In this document: positions 40,510 through 49,238 of the stretch, one piece after another
Position numbering within the stretch: position 1 is the stretch's first letter
Layout: every line of letters begins with the position of its first letter
The notes under the pieces: generated by a model
Told to the model about the DNA's origin: nothing
Database searches by the model: none
What the model saw: the letters and a program-made list of their open reading frames with translations, nothing else
Translations under genes and position numbers: made by a program
Source of the DNA: Candidatus Latescibacterota bacterium
GTDB taxonomy: Bacteria; Latescibacterota; UBA2968
DNA length: 64,000 bases
Direction: 5' to 3'
NCBI GenBank assembly: GCA_965208125.1
Contig: OZ242320.1
Span: forward strand, 512,001-576,000

Positions 40510-40923
40510 GTGAAGTTGAAAAGTCCTGACATGAAATATCACACCTCGCACAGTGCAGTTTTCAGTTGCCATTATCATGTTGTCTGGTGTACCAAATATC
40601 GACGCCAAGTGCTGTCTGTTGACATGCAAACCCGACTGAAAGACTTATTGCTTGAGAAGCAGTGCGAATATGGCTATGAAGTGCAAGGTTGTGAAATCTT
40701 GTCTGATCATGTTCATTTGCTTCTTTCTGTTACGCCGTCAAAGCCAGTGAGTAGTGTTGTAGGCAGGCTCAAAAGCTATACGGCTCATATTCTGCGGTCT
40801 GAATATCCAGAACTTAAAAGCAGATTGCCGTCTTTGTGGACGCGGAGTAAGTTTGTAGCAACCGCTGGCGAAGTGACGCTTGGAGTTCTGAAACGCTACG
40901 TTGAAAATCAAAAGGGCGTATAG
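40510..40923 (+). CDS. tnpA: Y1 HUH transposase TnpA
   Basis: YHVVWCTKYRR, DHVHLL, LWTRS, RYVENQ. Confidence 0.95.
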   Translation: MKLKSPDMKYHTSHSAVFSCHYHVVWCTKYRRQVLSVDMQTRLKDLLLEKQCEYGYEVQGCEILSDHVHLLLSVTPSKPVSSVVGRLKSYTAHILRSEYPELKSRLPSLWTRSKFVATAGEVTLGVLKRYVENQKGV

Positions 40924-42029
40924 TGGACTATATAACTTACAAATTCAAGCTGTATTCGGCGTGTGACCGAAATCGGTATCTGCACTATGAGATAGACGCC
41001 TTTGCTGGCGTGTATAACCACTTCATTGCTTTGATTAAGCGATACTATCAGCGATACAGCAAGTATCCGAACAAGTATGCACTGAAGAGGCATCTGACAA
41101 AACTAAAAAAAACTAAGCGATTTGGTCATTGGAGTGCGCTACCGTCTCAGGCATTGCAAGATGTGGTATTTCGCATAGATTTTGGCTACCAGAAGTTCTT
41201 TGCCAGAGACAACAAGCGACCGCCCACTTTCAGATCACGCTTCCGGTATCAGTCCTATACCCTGACGCAAGCAGGATACAAATTCCTTGAGCGTAACAAA
41301 GTGCGTATCGGCAAGCGTATATTTCGCTATCACAAAAGCAGAAACTTCGATGTAGAAAGTATCAAGACGGTCACAATCAAGCGTGACCGTGTAGGCGACT
41401 TGTGGCTATGTGTTGTTGCAAAGGCTGAAGGTATCAAGTCATTCATTGTCAAGAACGGTAAAACCGCAGGCTTTGACTTCGGCTTGAAAACCTACCTGAC
41501 GGCCTCAGACGCCACACGAACACAATCGCCTTTGTTCTTTTCTCGCAACGCCAGACAGGCCAAAAAAGCCAACCGCAATCTGTCACGTAAGCAGAAGAGT
41601 AGCAACAACCGTCATAGAGCAAGAGTGAACCTTGCCAGAGTGCATCGGCGCGTAGCGAATCAGCGCAGGGACTATCACTGGCAACTTGCCCATCAACTGT
41701 GCAAAGACTATGATGTAATGTGCTTTGAAACGCTGAACATCAAAGCCATGCAACAGTTGTGGGGCAAAAAGATTAACGATCTGGGATTCTCGAACTTCTT
41801 GGTCACCCTCAAATATGTCGCACAAAAGACAGGCAAAACAGTTCGGCAAATTGACCAGTGGCTACCCACGTCTAAGACTTGCTCCGCATGTGGCACTGTC
41901 AAAGAAAATCTTGAATTGCGAGAAAGAACATTTCATTGTTGCGAATGTGGTCTTGAAATAGATAGAGATCTCAACGCAGCGATAAACATTCACAGGTGGG
42001 GGCGTCCGCCTATGGCGGAGGCAGCGTAA
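40923..42029 (+). CDS. tnpB: RNA-guided endonuclease TnpB
   Basis: RuvC GFDFG / FETL / DRDLNAAINI; CxxC..CxxC zinc finger. Confidence 0.95.
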   Translation: MDYITYKFKLYSACDRNRYLHYEIDAFAGVYNHFIALIKRYYQRYSKYPNKYALKRHLTKLKKTKRFGHWSALPSQALQDVVFRIDFGYQKFFARDNKRPPTFRSRFRYQSYTLTQAGYKFLERNKVRIGKRIFRYHKSRNFDVESIKTVTIKRDRVGDLWLCVVAKAEGIKSFIVKNGKTAGFDFGLKTYLTASDATRTQSPLFFSRNARQAKKANRNLSRKQKSSNNRHRARVNLARVHRRVANQRRDYHWQLAHQLCKDYDVMCFETLNIKAMQQLWGKKINDLGFSNFLVTLKYVAQKTGKTVRQIDQWLPTSKTCSACGTVKENLELRERTFHCCECGLEIDRDLNAAINIHRWGRPPMAEAA

Positions 42030-42142
42030 GACCAGACTTGCATAGCTGGCTACTGCCGTTGATACCACAATCCCTGCTGAAGCAAAGAGAATCCCAATGC
42101 TTCAGCTTTGGGAGTATGTCAATCTCTCCACTTATCGCGCGG
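41950..42142 (+). ncRNA. Predicted TnpB omegaRNA (reRNA) with flank-derived guide; 5' end approximate
   Basis: Established architecture: overlaps tnpB 3' end, scaffold ends at RE TCAA (42122), guide TCTCTCCACTTATCGCGCGG. Confidence 0.6.
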
Positions 42143-42853
42143 ATGGGCCCGGAAGTTGAATTCTCCTCTATTGAGCGTCTCATCAAATTGAACAAGAGCC
42201 TTGATTACCTTTTTGCGGGCATCTGCCATAAACGGATTCAGCAATTGCGTCTCTCTGTATGTGGAAGGCGAGTTCGTTTTCAGGTGTTCAATCAATTGCA
42301 GGAGAAACCTGCCTGCTCCAGATGGCAACTTCTCGCGCTCTTCCTCCGGTAGATAGAGTTCAAGAGCCATCCCAATAAAATGCGCCATACCAGGACCTGT
42401 TCTGCGATCTTCATCTTCTGCAGTCCTGGGAATCAGCTTACAACCCATACGCTTCAGGCATGCTGATATCTCGGGATCCGCTTTTCCAAATAGGGATATA
42501 TTGCCTGGACCAAGATGCGATAGTCCAAACCTCTCTCGATTCAATATTGATAGTTCCTTATCTGCAGCAAGTCGTGCTGTGCAACAATCAATCACAACGC
42601 AATCAGATTTGGCATGCTCATTGATCTTCGGAACCCATTTGCCAAGTGCCCAAACGGGAATAGCCAGAAAAATAACATCTGCCCCGGAAAGACTTTCAGT
42701 ATTGTTGCTTGACTGCCGCACTCCAACATCGACCAGTTCAGAGCTTATATCGCGACTCGAAATAACCTCGACCTGAAATCGATCCGCGAATGCATTTACT
42801 GCCTGCTTTCCCATTCTGCCGAAACCGATTATGCAAAGTCTCTTACTTGCCAT
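42119..42853 (-). CDS. Prephenate dehydrogenase-like NAD(P)-binding protein
   Basis: IIGFGRMG, IFLAIP, VIDCCT, ETQLLNPF. Confidence 0.65.
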   Translation of the reverse strand: MASKRLCIIGFGRMGKQAVNAFADRFQVEVISSRDISSELVDVGVRQSSNNTESLSGADVIFLAIPVWALGKWVPKINEHAKSDCVVIDCCTARLAADKELSILNRERFGLSHLGPGNISLFGKADPEISACLKRMGCKLIPRTAEDEDRRTGPGMAHFIGMALELYLPEEEREKLPSGAGRFLLQLIEHLKTNSPSTYRETQLLNPFMADARKKVIKALVQFDETLNRGEFNFRAHPRDKWRD

Positions 42854-42887
42854 TACAAATGATGTCCTTTATGTGAACTTTTGCTAT

Positions 42888-43580
42888 TCATATCGCCTGC
42901 TCAATCCAGTTGGGAAGATGCAAAACCAGATCATTCATTATCCTCTCTGTATTTTCTACATAAATCTGCACATTGCCTTCATAAGCCTCGCCGCCTTCAG
43001 CCCCCACCAAATCTGTAACCCCGCGTAAAATGAGACATCTGACCTTATTTCGGTTTGCTACCCAGGCAATTGCGCCCGACTCCCAATCCCCTGCTACTGC
43101 ACCATATTTGGACTTCAAAACCGAAATATCTTCTGCCACCAGATCGCGGTCTGCTGATACCAGAACAGTTCTCAACACGGGATGGGGATATGGCTCACTT
43201 AACCACGAAAGATCAATCTCAGTTGTATAATCTCTGATCGCTTCCTCGGCATCCAACATCTGCTCGACAATATCATAGACAACCGTACACTCAACCAGCA
43301 CAATCGTATCCTTCTCAACCCCGCTTTCAAATCCACCGCAAGTCCCCAAATTCACCACGAGATTTGGAGACCATCGATCAATAGCATATTGTGCTGATGC
43401 AGCCGCCGAAATCTTACCCCATCCTCCGTGAAAAAATAGAACTGACTGTTGCCCACCTTTAATGTCAAGGTGCGTCTCAAACCATTGTCCATAAGGAGAT
43501 ACTTGTAGGTCAGCATCGGGAAAAATTCTCCCGATAGAATCCCATTCAATATTGGCTGAAATGATCACAACAACAAACAT
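42888..43580 (-). CDS. MTA/SAH nucleosidase-like (PNP_UDP_1)
   Basis: GGWGKISAA, NLGTCGG, DWESGA, LRGVTD. Confidence 0.85.
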   Translation of the reverse strand: MFVVVIISANIEWDSIGRIFPDADLQVSPYGQWFETHLDIKGGQQSVLFFHGGWGKISAAASAQYAIDRWSPNLVVNLGTCGGFESGVEKDTIVLVECTVVYDIVEQMLDAEEAIRDYTTEIDLSWLSEPYPHPVLRTVLVSADRDLVAEDISVLKSKYGAVAGDWESGAIAWVANRNKVRCLILRGVTDLVGAEGGEAYEGNVQIYVENTERIMNDLVLHLPNWIEQAI

Positions 43581-43581
43581 A

Positions 43582-43643
43582 GACTAAACTCTTGGGATAG
43601 CCTCGAAATAGTGAAGGCATCACTCTACAAATAGGGATTCAAT
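43582..43643. repeat. 62-bp direct repeat, copy 2 (orphan APH 3' end plus RBS)
   Basis: Encodes IESLFVE* with no upstream APH body; ends 1 nt before the nucleosidase ATG. Confidence 0.95.
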
Positions 43644-43801
43644 TTTCAGTCTCCAACTTGATTCCATACATTGGCTGCATACATTAAGCCTATTTCGGGA
43701 CTACGAAGATTTACTAATATTGTGACAACTTTAGCGGCAAAATGGTTTCTATATTGAAAAATATATCTACGATACAGGAACCAAAAATGGCGTGGGCTGG
43801 T

Positions 43802-44824
43802 TTACCCAGCTACGCCATGCAGGTGCTCTACATCGGAAACCGCCGCACTCAGGAAATCAGGCGTCCTGGGATGTAGAAGGCGGCCACAGTCCCAGAAAAA
43901 CCTTATCCCCCGGAGACTCGCGACAATTGACAGTATCTTCTCCTCTACAGGTGATAACTCCATAAGGGGCTTTTCAATGACGGTCTCGTAGGAACATCGA
44001 AAAGCATCAACATACCCGGGTTCGAAATGCTCTGAACCCGGCTTGACCACATATTCCCCTTCAGCTTGCCGCAGGTCATGGGCTGCCGTCCCCCATCCGG
44101 CCGATTGGAAGTCATGGACATTTGAAATACGCAGTGAGTTGCCGTTCTCCACAAGCACGTTGTGGAGTCCTGCTTCTCCCCACAGGAATACGTTATCGCC
44201 ATGCACCCTGACTTCGGGCACCGGGTCCGTGGCGACCAATAGCCTGCCCCAGAGTTCCGGCAGGGTTGCCGCCATGGAGGAAACCAATACCTCGTCTCCA
44301 AACATTGCTTCCTGGATTGTCTCTTCCCATGACGCAAGATCTCTCTCCGTCTGAGATTGAAGTTCGTCTGGACACTGTTGGCTGTGAATATGTGCCACTA
44401 TTTGTCCCAGTAGTGCGCCCAACTGCAACCGCTGTGCTCGAGATGCGTCCAGGTAGTAACTGAGTCCCGACTTCCCCAACTCGCATGGGATCAAAAGACA
44501 TTCTGATTCTCCATCGCCATCGTACACCAGAGATTCAGACACCGGAACACCGGCGACGCCGCGCAATGCCTTTGTGGCGACGAACTCGGTTTTCAAACTG
44601 AAACCGAGGGATTGGCGAAACTGTATCTTCAAGATCACCCGTCCGTGGACGCGAGTCTCCACCAGAAAAATCTGGTTTGTGAAATTAGTCTCCAGACGCC
44701 TGATCGACCGGGACGAGCTGAAACCATGTTTCTCGAAAAGCGCATCGATCTGTGCGCGGGTTACATCCGGCTTATCGCGGAATAGAGCACGGATATCCTT
44801 CATGCTGGCGAGTCTTGTTACCAT
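43802..44824 (-). CDS. APH/kinase-like phosphotransferase fold protein, divergent
   Basis: VILKI, IVAHIH, WGEAGLHNVLV, HDFQSA; catalytic HxD is WGE. Confidence 0.65.
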   Translation of the reverse strand: MVTRLASMKDIRALFRDKPDVTRAQIDALFEKHGFSSSRSIRRLETNFTNQIFLVETRVHGRVILKIQFRQSLGFSLKTEFVATKALRGVAGVPVSESLVYDGDGESECLLIPCELGKSGLSYYLDASRAQRLQLGALLGQIVAHIHSQQCPDELQSQTERDLASWEETIQEAMFGDEVLVSSMAATLPELWGRLLVATDPVPEVRVHGDNVFLWGEAGLHNVLVENGNSLRISNVHDFQSAGWGTAAHDLRQAEGEYVVKPGSEHFEPGYVDAFRCSYETVIEKPLMELSPVEEKILSIVASLRGIRFFWDCGRLLHPRTPDFLSAAVSDVEHLHGVAG

Positions 44825-44884
44825 GCGGTGCTGTCTCCGCGGGATATTCTGACTGATTTGTTATGCAGACAGCCCAAGGAAGTG

Positions 44885-45319
44885 CTATAAATGTGAGTCA
44901 CGCGCTCGTATCAGATTATCTACTCCGTATTTCCCCGAACCGATAACCACAAACATCCCTGTAATAACCAGGTACAGAAATGCCATCTCCTTTGTGCTAA
45001 ATGGATCTGCTGCATGTTGAAAGAACGCGGCCACCAACATGGTAAACCATATAAAAAATGCCCCTGGCCGCGTGAGTAAACCCAGTGCCAACAGTAGCCC
45101 GCCGCCAAACTCCGAAAAGGCTGCCATCCAGGCAAAAAACTCGGGAACAGGAAACCCCAGATCTCCCGTAATGGTCACAAACCGCTCGGAAGGTGGGATC
45201 TTCCCCAATCCATGTCCCAATGCCATACTCAACCCTACAAACACCCTGAGAATCGCCAACCCGACATTTGCCGGGATCGACTCAATAACCGATCCACCAA
45301 ATAAAAGTCGCTTAATCAT
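44885..45319 (-). CDS. DoxX family membrane protein
   Basis: ILRVFVG, HGLGK, EFGGGLL..LGLLTR, GSGKYGVD; SD GGAGG. Confidence 0.92.
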   Translation of the reverse strand: MIKRLLFGGSVIESIPANVGLAILRVFVGLSMALGHGLGKIPPSERFVTITGDLGFPVPEFFAWMAAFSEFGGGLLLALGLLTRPGAFFIWFTMLVAAFFQHAADPFSTKEMAFLYLVITGMFVVIGSGKYGVDNLIRARDSHL

Positions 45320-45334
45320 ATTCAACCTCCTAAT

Positions 45335-45400
45335 TAAGGTTCACCGCCCTTTTCTCAGAGAGTTCAATACCGTATTTCCACTCCTGAGCATTACATACCC
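45335..45400 (-). pseudogene. Fragment of an AadA/DUF4111-like nucleotidyltransferase 3' region
   Basis: AQEWKYGIEL vs ALAWKYGIEL; 19 bp identical to 51360..51378. Confidence 0.5.
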
Positions 45401-45409
45401 ACTATTCAA

Positions 45410-45535
45410 TCATTTTTCAGAGTTCGCAATAGAATTTTTGAGATCCTCATTTTCCAGGTCTTCAAGAGAATGAAGGTCAATCGGTATGAGAATCCCGTTT
45501 GCGATCCCAACTTTGAGATCAAGACTTAACCTCAT
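45410..45535 (-). pseudogene. 41-aa mini-ORF, probable internally deleted gene
   Basis: Starts 1 nt after the peptidase stop; MRLSLDL...IPIDLHSLEDLENEDLKNSI. Confidence 0.4.
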
Positions 45536-45536
45536 A

Positions 45537-47633
45537 TCACCCCTTGAGATATTGATTGAACCAGTTGAACACGCTTTCGTAATGATCCCTGGTATTCTCA
45601 GCCGACCAATTAGCAGGAACATGGCCCTCGCGTTGATATTCTCGCATTTCCACTCGTTTGCCAAGTCGCCTGAGACCGAGGAATGTCTCCCGTGCATTCA
45701 CCGATCCAGGTACATCTTTGGTTCCGCATATAACCAACACCGGCGCTTCGACCTGGTCGAAAGCAAAGATCGGCGAGTTCTCAATATACGCATCTCGTTT
45801 CTCCCAGAGACTGCCACCATTTCGCGCTTGCTTCCCCTCGCACCACCCTATTCTTGCTACATCTATAAGATAGGTACTGGTCATGTTGATTCCGAACGGC
45901 GCATTGGCAACCGCAGCGCGAAAAGCCCGTGTTTGCGTAACCAATGCCATCACACCATAAGCACCATAGCTGTGACCCCAAATACCGATTCGATTTTTGT
46001 CGGCAAAACCCATTTCTATGGCACGATTAACAGCAGGTAGTGTTACACCCACAATCTGCTCAATTGGATTATTGTCCTCCATAATCGAATCTGGATATAG
46101 TGCAGCATAACCGGCACTGGTGAGTAACCGCGCTTCCGAAGCATACCTATCGCGCCTTGAAAAATGACTCCCAGGATAGATAGTGACAACCATGGGGAGC
46201 TGGTCTCCCGCCCGAGTGTCTCTGGGAAGAAAAAGAGCCGCCTTCTGTACACGACCATTCGCGTCCTTAAACTCTATAACTTTGCGCACCGGTTGTTCCA
46301 CATCCTGTCGCCAGGGATTGGTCTTAAGTAGTGTAGTGGACTCTCCACCGTCGAGAGGGTATGCATGTACCGCCTCTCTGCCGCGAGCAAAAACGAAATG
46401 TTTGGATGCTATTAGAGTGAACTCATCAGGACTTGAAAGTGGCGCAGGACAAACCGTAGTTGTCTCGCCGGAAACAGAGTGAATGCGGACGATATATTTC
46501 AAGTTATCGCGTTTGTCAATTGCGTGGGCAAGAATATTGCCCTGATCGTCAGTACGAAGAACTGAATCACCGTACCGTTGCGCAATCACATTTATCCTCA
46601 TCTGAGTTGAATCCTTTAACAGCCGACGAATCTTACCGTCCTCAATAGAAAGATGATACAAACATCCTTTTTGGAGCCAAATCAGGCGCGTACCATCCTC
46701 GGTCCACCAGGGTATTTGAAAGTTACCCAGAGACGAAGTGAATTCTGCTACCCTTATAGGCCCAGTTGATCCGTCCGCCGGTGCGAAGTAGAGATGTTGA
46801 GGGTCACCCCACTTTCCACCGGTGACATAGGCAATTGTCTGACAATCGGGGGACCACGAGAAACGACAGGCATAACTGTTGACCGGTACTTCCCGAGCGA
46901 TCACATAAGACTCGCGACCATCAAGTGGGACAACAGTCACATCGGCAATAGTGTGGGGGCGATCCACCGGGTATGCAATTTGATTGAGAAGTGCGACAGC
47001 TTGCCCATCAGGAGCCATAGCCATACGCTGGGTATTGAATGTGTGACCAGACGCTAACTCTGTTACAATGCCTGAGCTTATCTCCACAACACCGACACAC
47101 TTATCAGTATCGGACAATTCAAAGACTGATCTATGCTGGTCTGATGCGGGCTGTTCCGGAGTGTATGATTGCACAATGATGTCAGGAGATTTTTTAGAAA
47201 CACGGGCATTCGGAATCAAAGGCACGATGATGCGGTGACCGTCAGGAGTCCATTGAGGAATGGTGCGCCACACGCGGATCACGGCGTTGGATACGAGGAA
47301 TACTTCGCGCGTCTGTCTGTTCCACAATCCAACACAGGCATGAGCATCTTGTGTCACGACACAGGCGGCAAGTATTTGTCCGTCTGGAGACCATTGGCCT
47401 GCCCAACTCATTCGCAGATCAGAAAACGGCTCTATGGACTCACCTGTTTCAACATCTATAAGGACAATGTATGCGCCGTTCACTTCACCATAATTGGCAT
47501 CGTCAGGCACGCGACGCTTCCCCCGGCTGAGTGTTACAGCAAGCAATCCGCCATCAGGCGAAAGATCCCACGGACAACGACTGGTAAACTGATTGACATT
47601 CAATAAGTCATCAACAGTGAATGCTCGCGACAT
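45537..47633 (-). CDS. S9 family peptidase with beta-propeller
   Basis: WSPDG repeats, GHSYG, GTKD, EGH. Confidence 0.9.
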   Translation of the reverse strand: MSRAFTVDDLLNVNQFTSRCPWDLSPDGGLLAVTLSRGKRRVPDDANYGEVNGAYIVLIDVETGESIEPFSDLRMSWAGQWSPDGQILAACVVTQDAHACVGLWNRQTREVFLVSNAVIRVWRTIPQWTPDGHRIIVPLIPNARVSKKSPDIIVQSYTPEQPASDQHRSVFELSDTDKCVGVVEISSGIVTELASGHTFNTQRMAMAPDGQAVALLNQIAYPVDRPHTIADVTVVPLDGRESYVIAREVPVNSYACRFSWSPDCQTIAYVTGGKWGDPQHLYFAPADGSTGPIRVAEFTSSLGNFQIPWWTEDGTRLIWLQKGCLYHLSIEDGKIRRLLKDSTQMRINVIAQRYGDSVLRTDDQGNILAHAIDKRDNLKYIVRIHSVSGETTTVCPAPLSSPDEFTLIASKHFVFARGREAVHAYPLDGGESTTLLKTNPWRQDVEQPVRKVIEFKDANGRVQKAALFLPRDTRAGDQLPMVVTIYPGSHFSRRDRYASEARLLTSAGYAALYPDSIMEDNNPIEQIVGVTLPAVNRAIEMGFADKNRIGIWGHSYGAYGVMALVTQTRAFRAAVANAPFGINMTSTYLIDVARIGWCEGKQARNGGSLWEKRDAYIENSPIFAFDQVEAPVLVICGTKDVPGSVNARETFLGLRRLGKRVEMREYQREGHVPANWSAENTRDHYESVFNWFNQYLKG

Positions 47634-47700
47634 ATTTATCTCTCCTGGGGCTTACTGCTGTTGAGCTTCTGTTAAAAAACGTCTGCTGTTCAAATTGCGA

Positions 47701-48435
47701 CTATGCCACAGCATCTCTGAATATCCCCGCTGTGGTCGATATAACCTCATCCCAAAGCCTGCGCCCCAACTCGGCACTCGCTCTGGTCGCATCACCAATG
47801 ACACCAGTATCTGAGTATTTTGAGAAATCGAGATGCGGATCATTCCAATCCACTTCTCTTGAACTGGACGAAGGGATGTTCTCAAGTCTAACCGTAGCCG
47901 GGCGTCTATACATGGCAATCGAAGTCGTGAAACTATCGGCATGACCACCTGGAACGCTGGGATCAGATACCCGGCACCAAATGTCGTGATATGGCAAGGA
48001 TGGAAGACAAGCCTTGCATCTTAGATGGAACTTCGCGTTGAATCTATTCACCGCCTCCTGAAGTCGATGCTCACCGCAGCCGCGCCAGACAACAACAGTC
48101 CCAAAGCCCTGTTCTGCCAGCGATTCAAGGACGAAATAGACATACGCTTCATGAACAACGTGCGGGATGTTGACATATCCCGAGCCAAAGCCCCGATGTT
48201 CGGGCGTGGGGCCAAACGGTATGGCTGGCAAAACCAGAGCACGCACATCGTGATAACGTGCCGCCTGCTGTGCAGCCTCCAGAGCAACGGCTTCCGCAAA
48301 CCATGTGTCGAAATCTACTGGCAAATGTGGACCCTGTTGCTCTGTGCATCCTGTGGGTACAATCGCCAGGCACCCAGCTTCTATAAGGTCCTTGATTTCT
48401 AAGTACGTATAATCAGTGAATTTATGAGAGTTCAT
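47701..48435 (-). CDS. Creatininase family amidohydrolase
   Basis: GCTEQQGPHLPVDFD, GGHAD, TGVIGD. Confidence 0.88.
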   Translation of the reverse strand: MNSHKFTDYTYLEIKDLIEAGCLAIVPTGCTEQQGPHLPVDFDTWFAEAVALEAAQQAARYHDVRALVLPAIPFGPTPEHRGFGSGYVNIPHVVHEAYVYFVLESLAEQGFGTVVVWRGCGEHRLQEAVNRFNAKFHLRCKACLPSLPYHDIWCRVSDPSVPGGHADSFTTSIAMYRRPATVRLENIPSSSSREVDWNDPHLDFSKYSDTGVIGDATRASAELGRRLWDEVISTTAGIFRDAVA

Positions 48436-48466
48436 TTTTTAGAGTTTTGATAGTCCTGAATGCTCC

Positions 48467-48541
48467 CCGTAGCGAGTTGTGCGGAGGCGCAAGCGCGACA
48501 CAACGAAAACCGCTGTGTTACACAATGTGCAACACAGCGTA
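48467..48541. repeat. Paired hairpins, attC-like remnant
   Basis: 29-bp palindrome 48511..48539 plus an adjacent GTTGTG..CACAAC stem. Confidence 0.5.
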
Positions 48542-48599
48542 CTGGCCATGGACAGCGTAATTCCATCTCATTGGATATTCAGTGGAAATAGACTGCCGA

Positions 48600-48860
48600 T
48601 CAAGCGGCTGTGGTCTGTCTAATTTCCCAACCGGGAAAAACGAGAACAGCCGGATGGCACTGCAACGCCCGAGCGAGTACCTTGGCGCGCTCAACTCCAA
48701 GCTGGATGCGGTTATTTTCGATGGCTGAAATAGTTGATTGGGGAATGCCTGTGCGTCTGGCAAGCTCGTTTTGACTAAACTCCTGAAGTTCGCGGATAAT
48801 ACGGACGGACTCACCTACGGATACCTCAATCTGCTTCCTGGCACGACGGTAATTTTTCAT
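48600..48860 (-). CDS. higA: Xre-HTH antitoxin (HigA-like)
   Basis: SQNELARRTGIPQSTISAIEN. Confidence 0.85.
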   Translation of the reverse strand: MKNYRRARKQIEVSVGESVRIIRELQEFSQNELARRTGIPQSTISAIENNRIQLGVERAKVLARALQCHPAVLVFPGWEIRQTTAA

Positions 48861-48861
48861 T

Positions 48862-49143
48862 TTACTGTCTCCGATAATCATGAGCGGTTAGACTTACAAC
48901 CTGCACGAGAACTCTGCTGGCTTCGGTTTTGTATATGACGCGGTAGTGGAGACCAAGCCGAGATGACCTGTGTCCTTGCCATTTTCCTCTCAGTGCTTCG
49001 TCATGAAATCCTTTGATAAGCCTCAAACCTTGAGGACCTGATATCATAACGATATCTTTCCATTTTTCGTAACGCTTGAGAATTTCCTGGGGCATAGATT
49101 TTATCTGCTTGCCCACCCTTCGATGCTCGAGAATAGTCCACAT
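48862..49143 (-). CDS. higB: RelE/HigB family mRNA interferase toxin
   Basis: FHDEALRGKWQGHRSSRL...YRVIY; upstream of the antitoxin. Confidence 0.85.
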   Translation of the reverse strand: MWTILEHRRVGKQIKSMPQEILKRYEKWKDIVMISGPQGLRLIKGFHDEALRGKWQGHRSSRLGLHYRVIYKTEASRVLVQVVSLTAHDYRRQ

Positions 49144-49178
49144 ACCATATAATATATAGATTATTTATGGTATGTCAA
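49140..49178 (-). promoter_or_regulatory. Leaderless higBA promoter with 10-bp inverted-repeat operator
   Basis: TTGACA-16bp-TATATT-7nt-ATG; ACATACCATA-N16-TATGGTATGT. Confidence 0.75.
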
Positions 49179-49238
49179 TTCGCTCCTACCAATCGTTGTA
49201 GATCGCATTAACCCACTATTAGGTGATACAAATATTTT

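Larger units (their letters stand above)
40310..42122 (+). mobile_element. IS200/IS605 family insertion sequence (tnpA+tnpB), 1813 bp
   Basis: LE: TTAG|...AATC-CCCAAG..CTTGGG hairpin; RE: GAAT-CCCAA..TTGGG-AGTATG-TCAA; no TSD. Confidence 0.9.
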
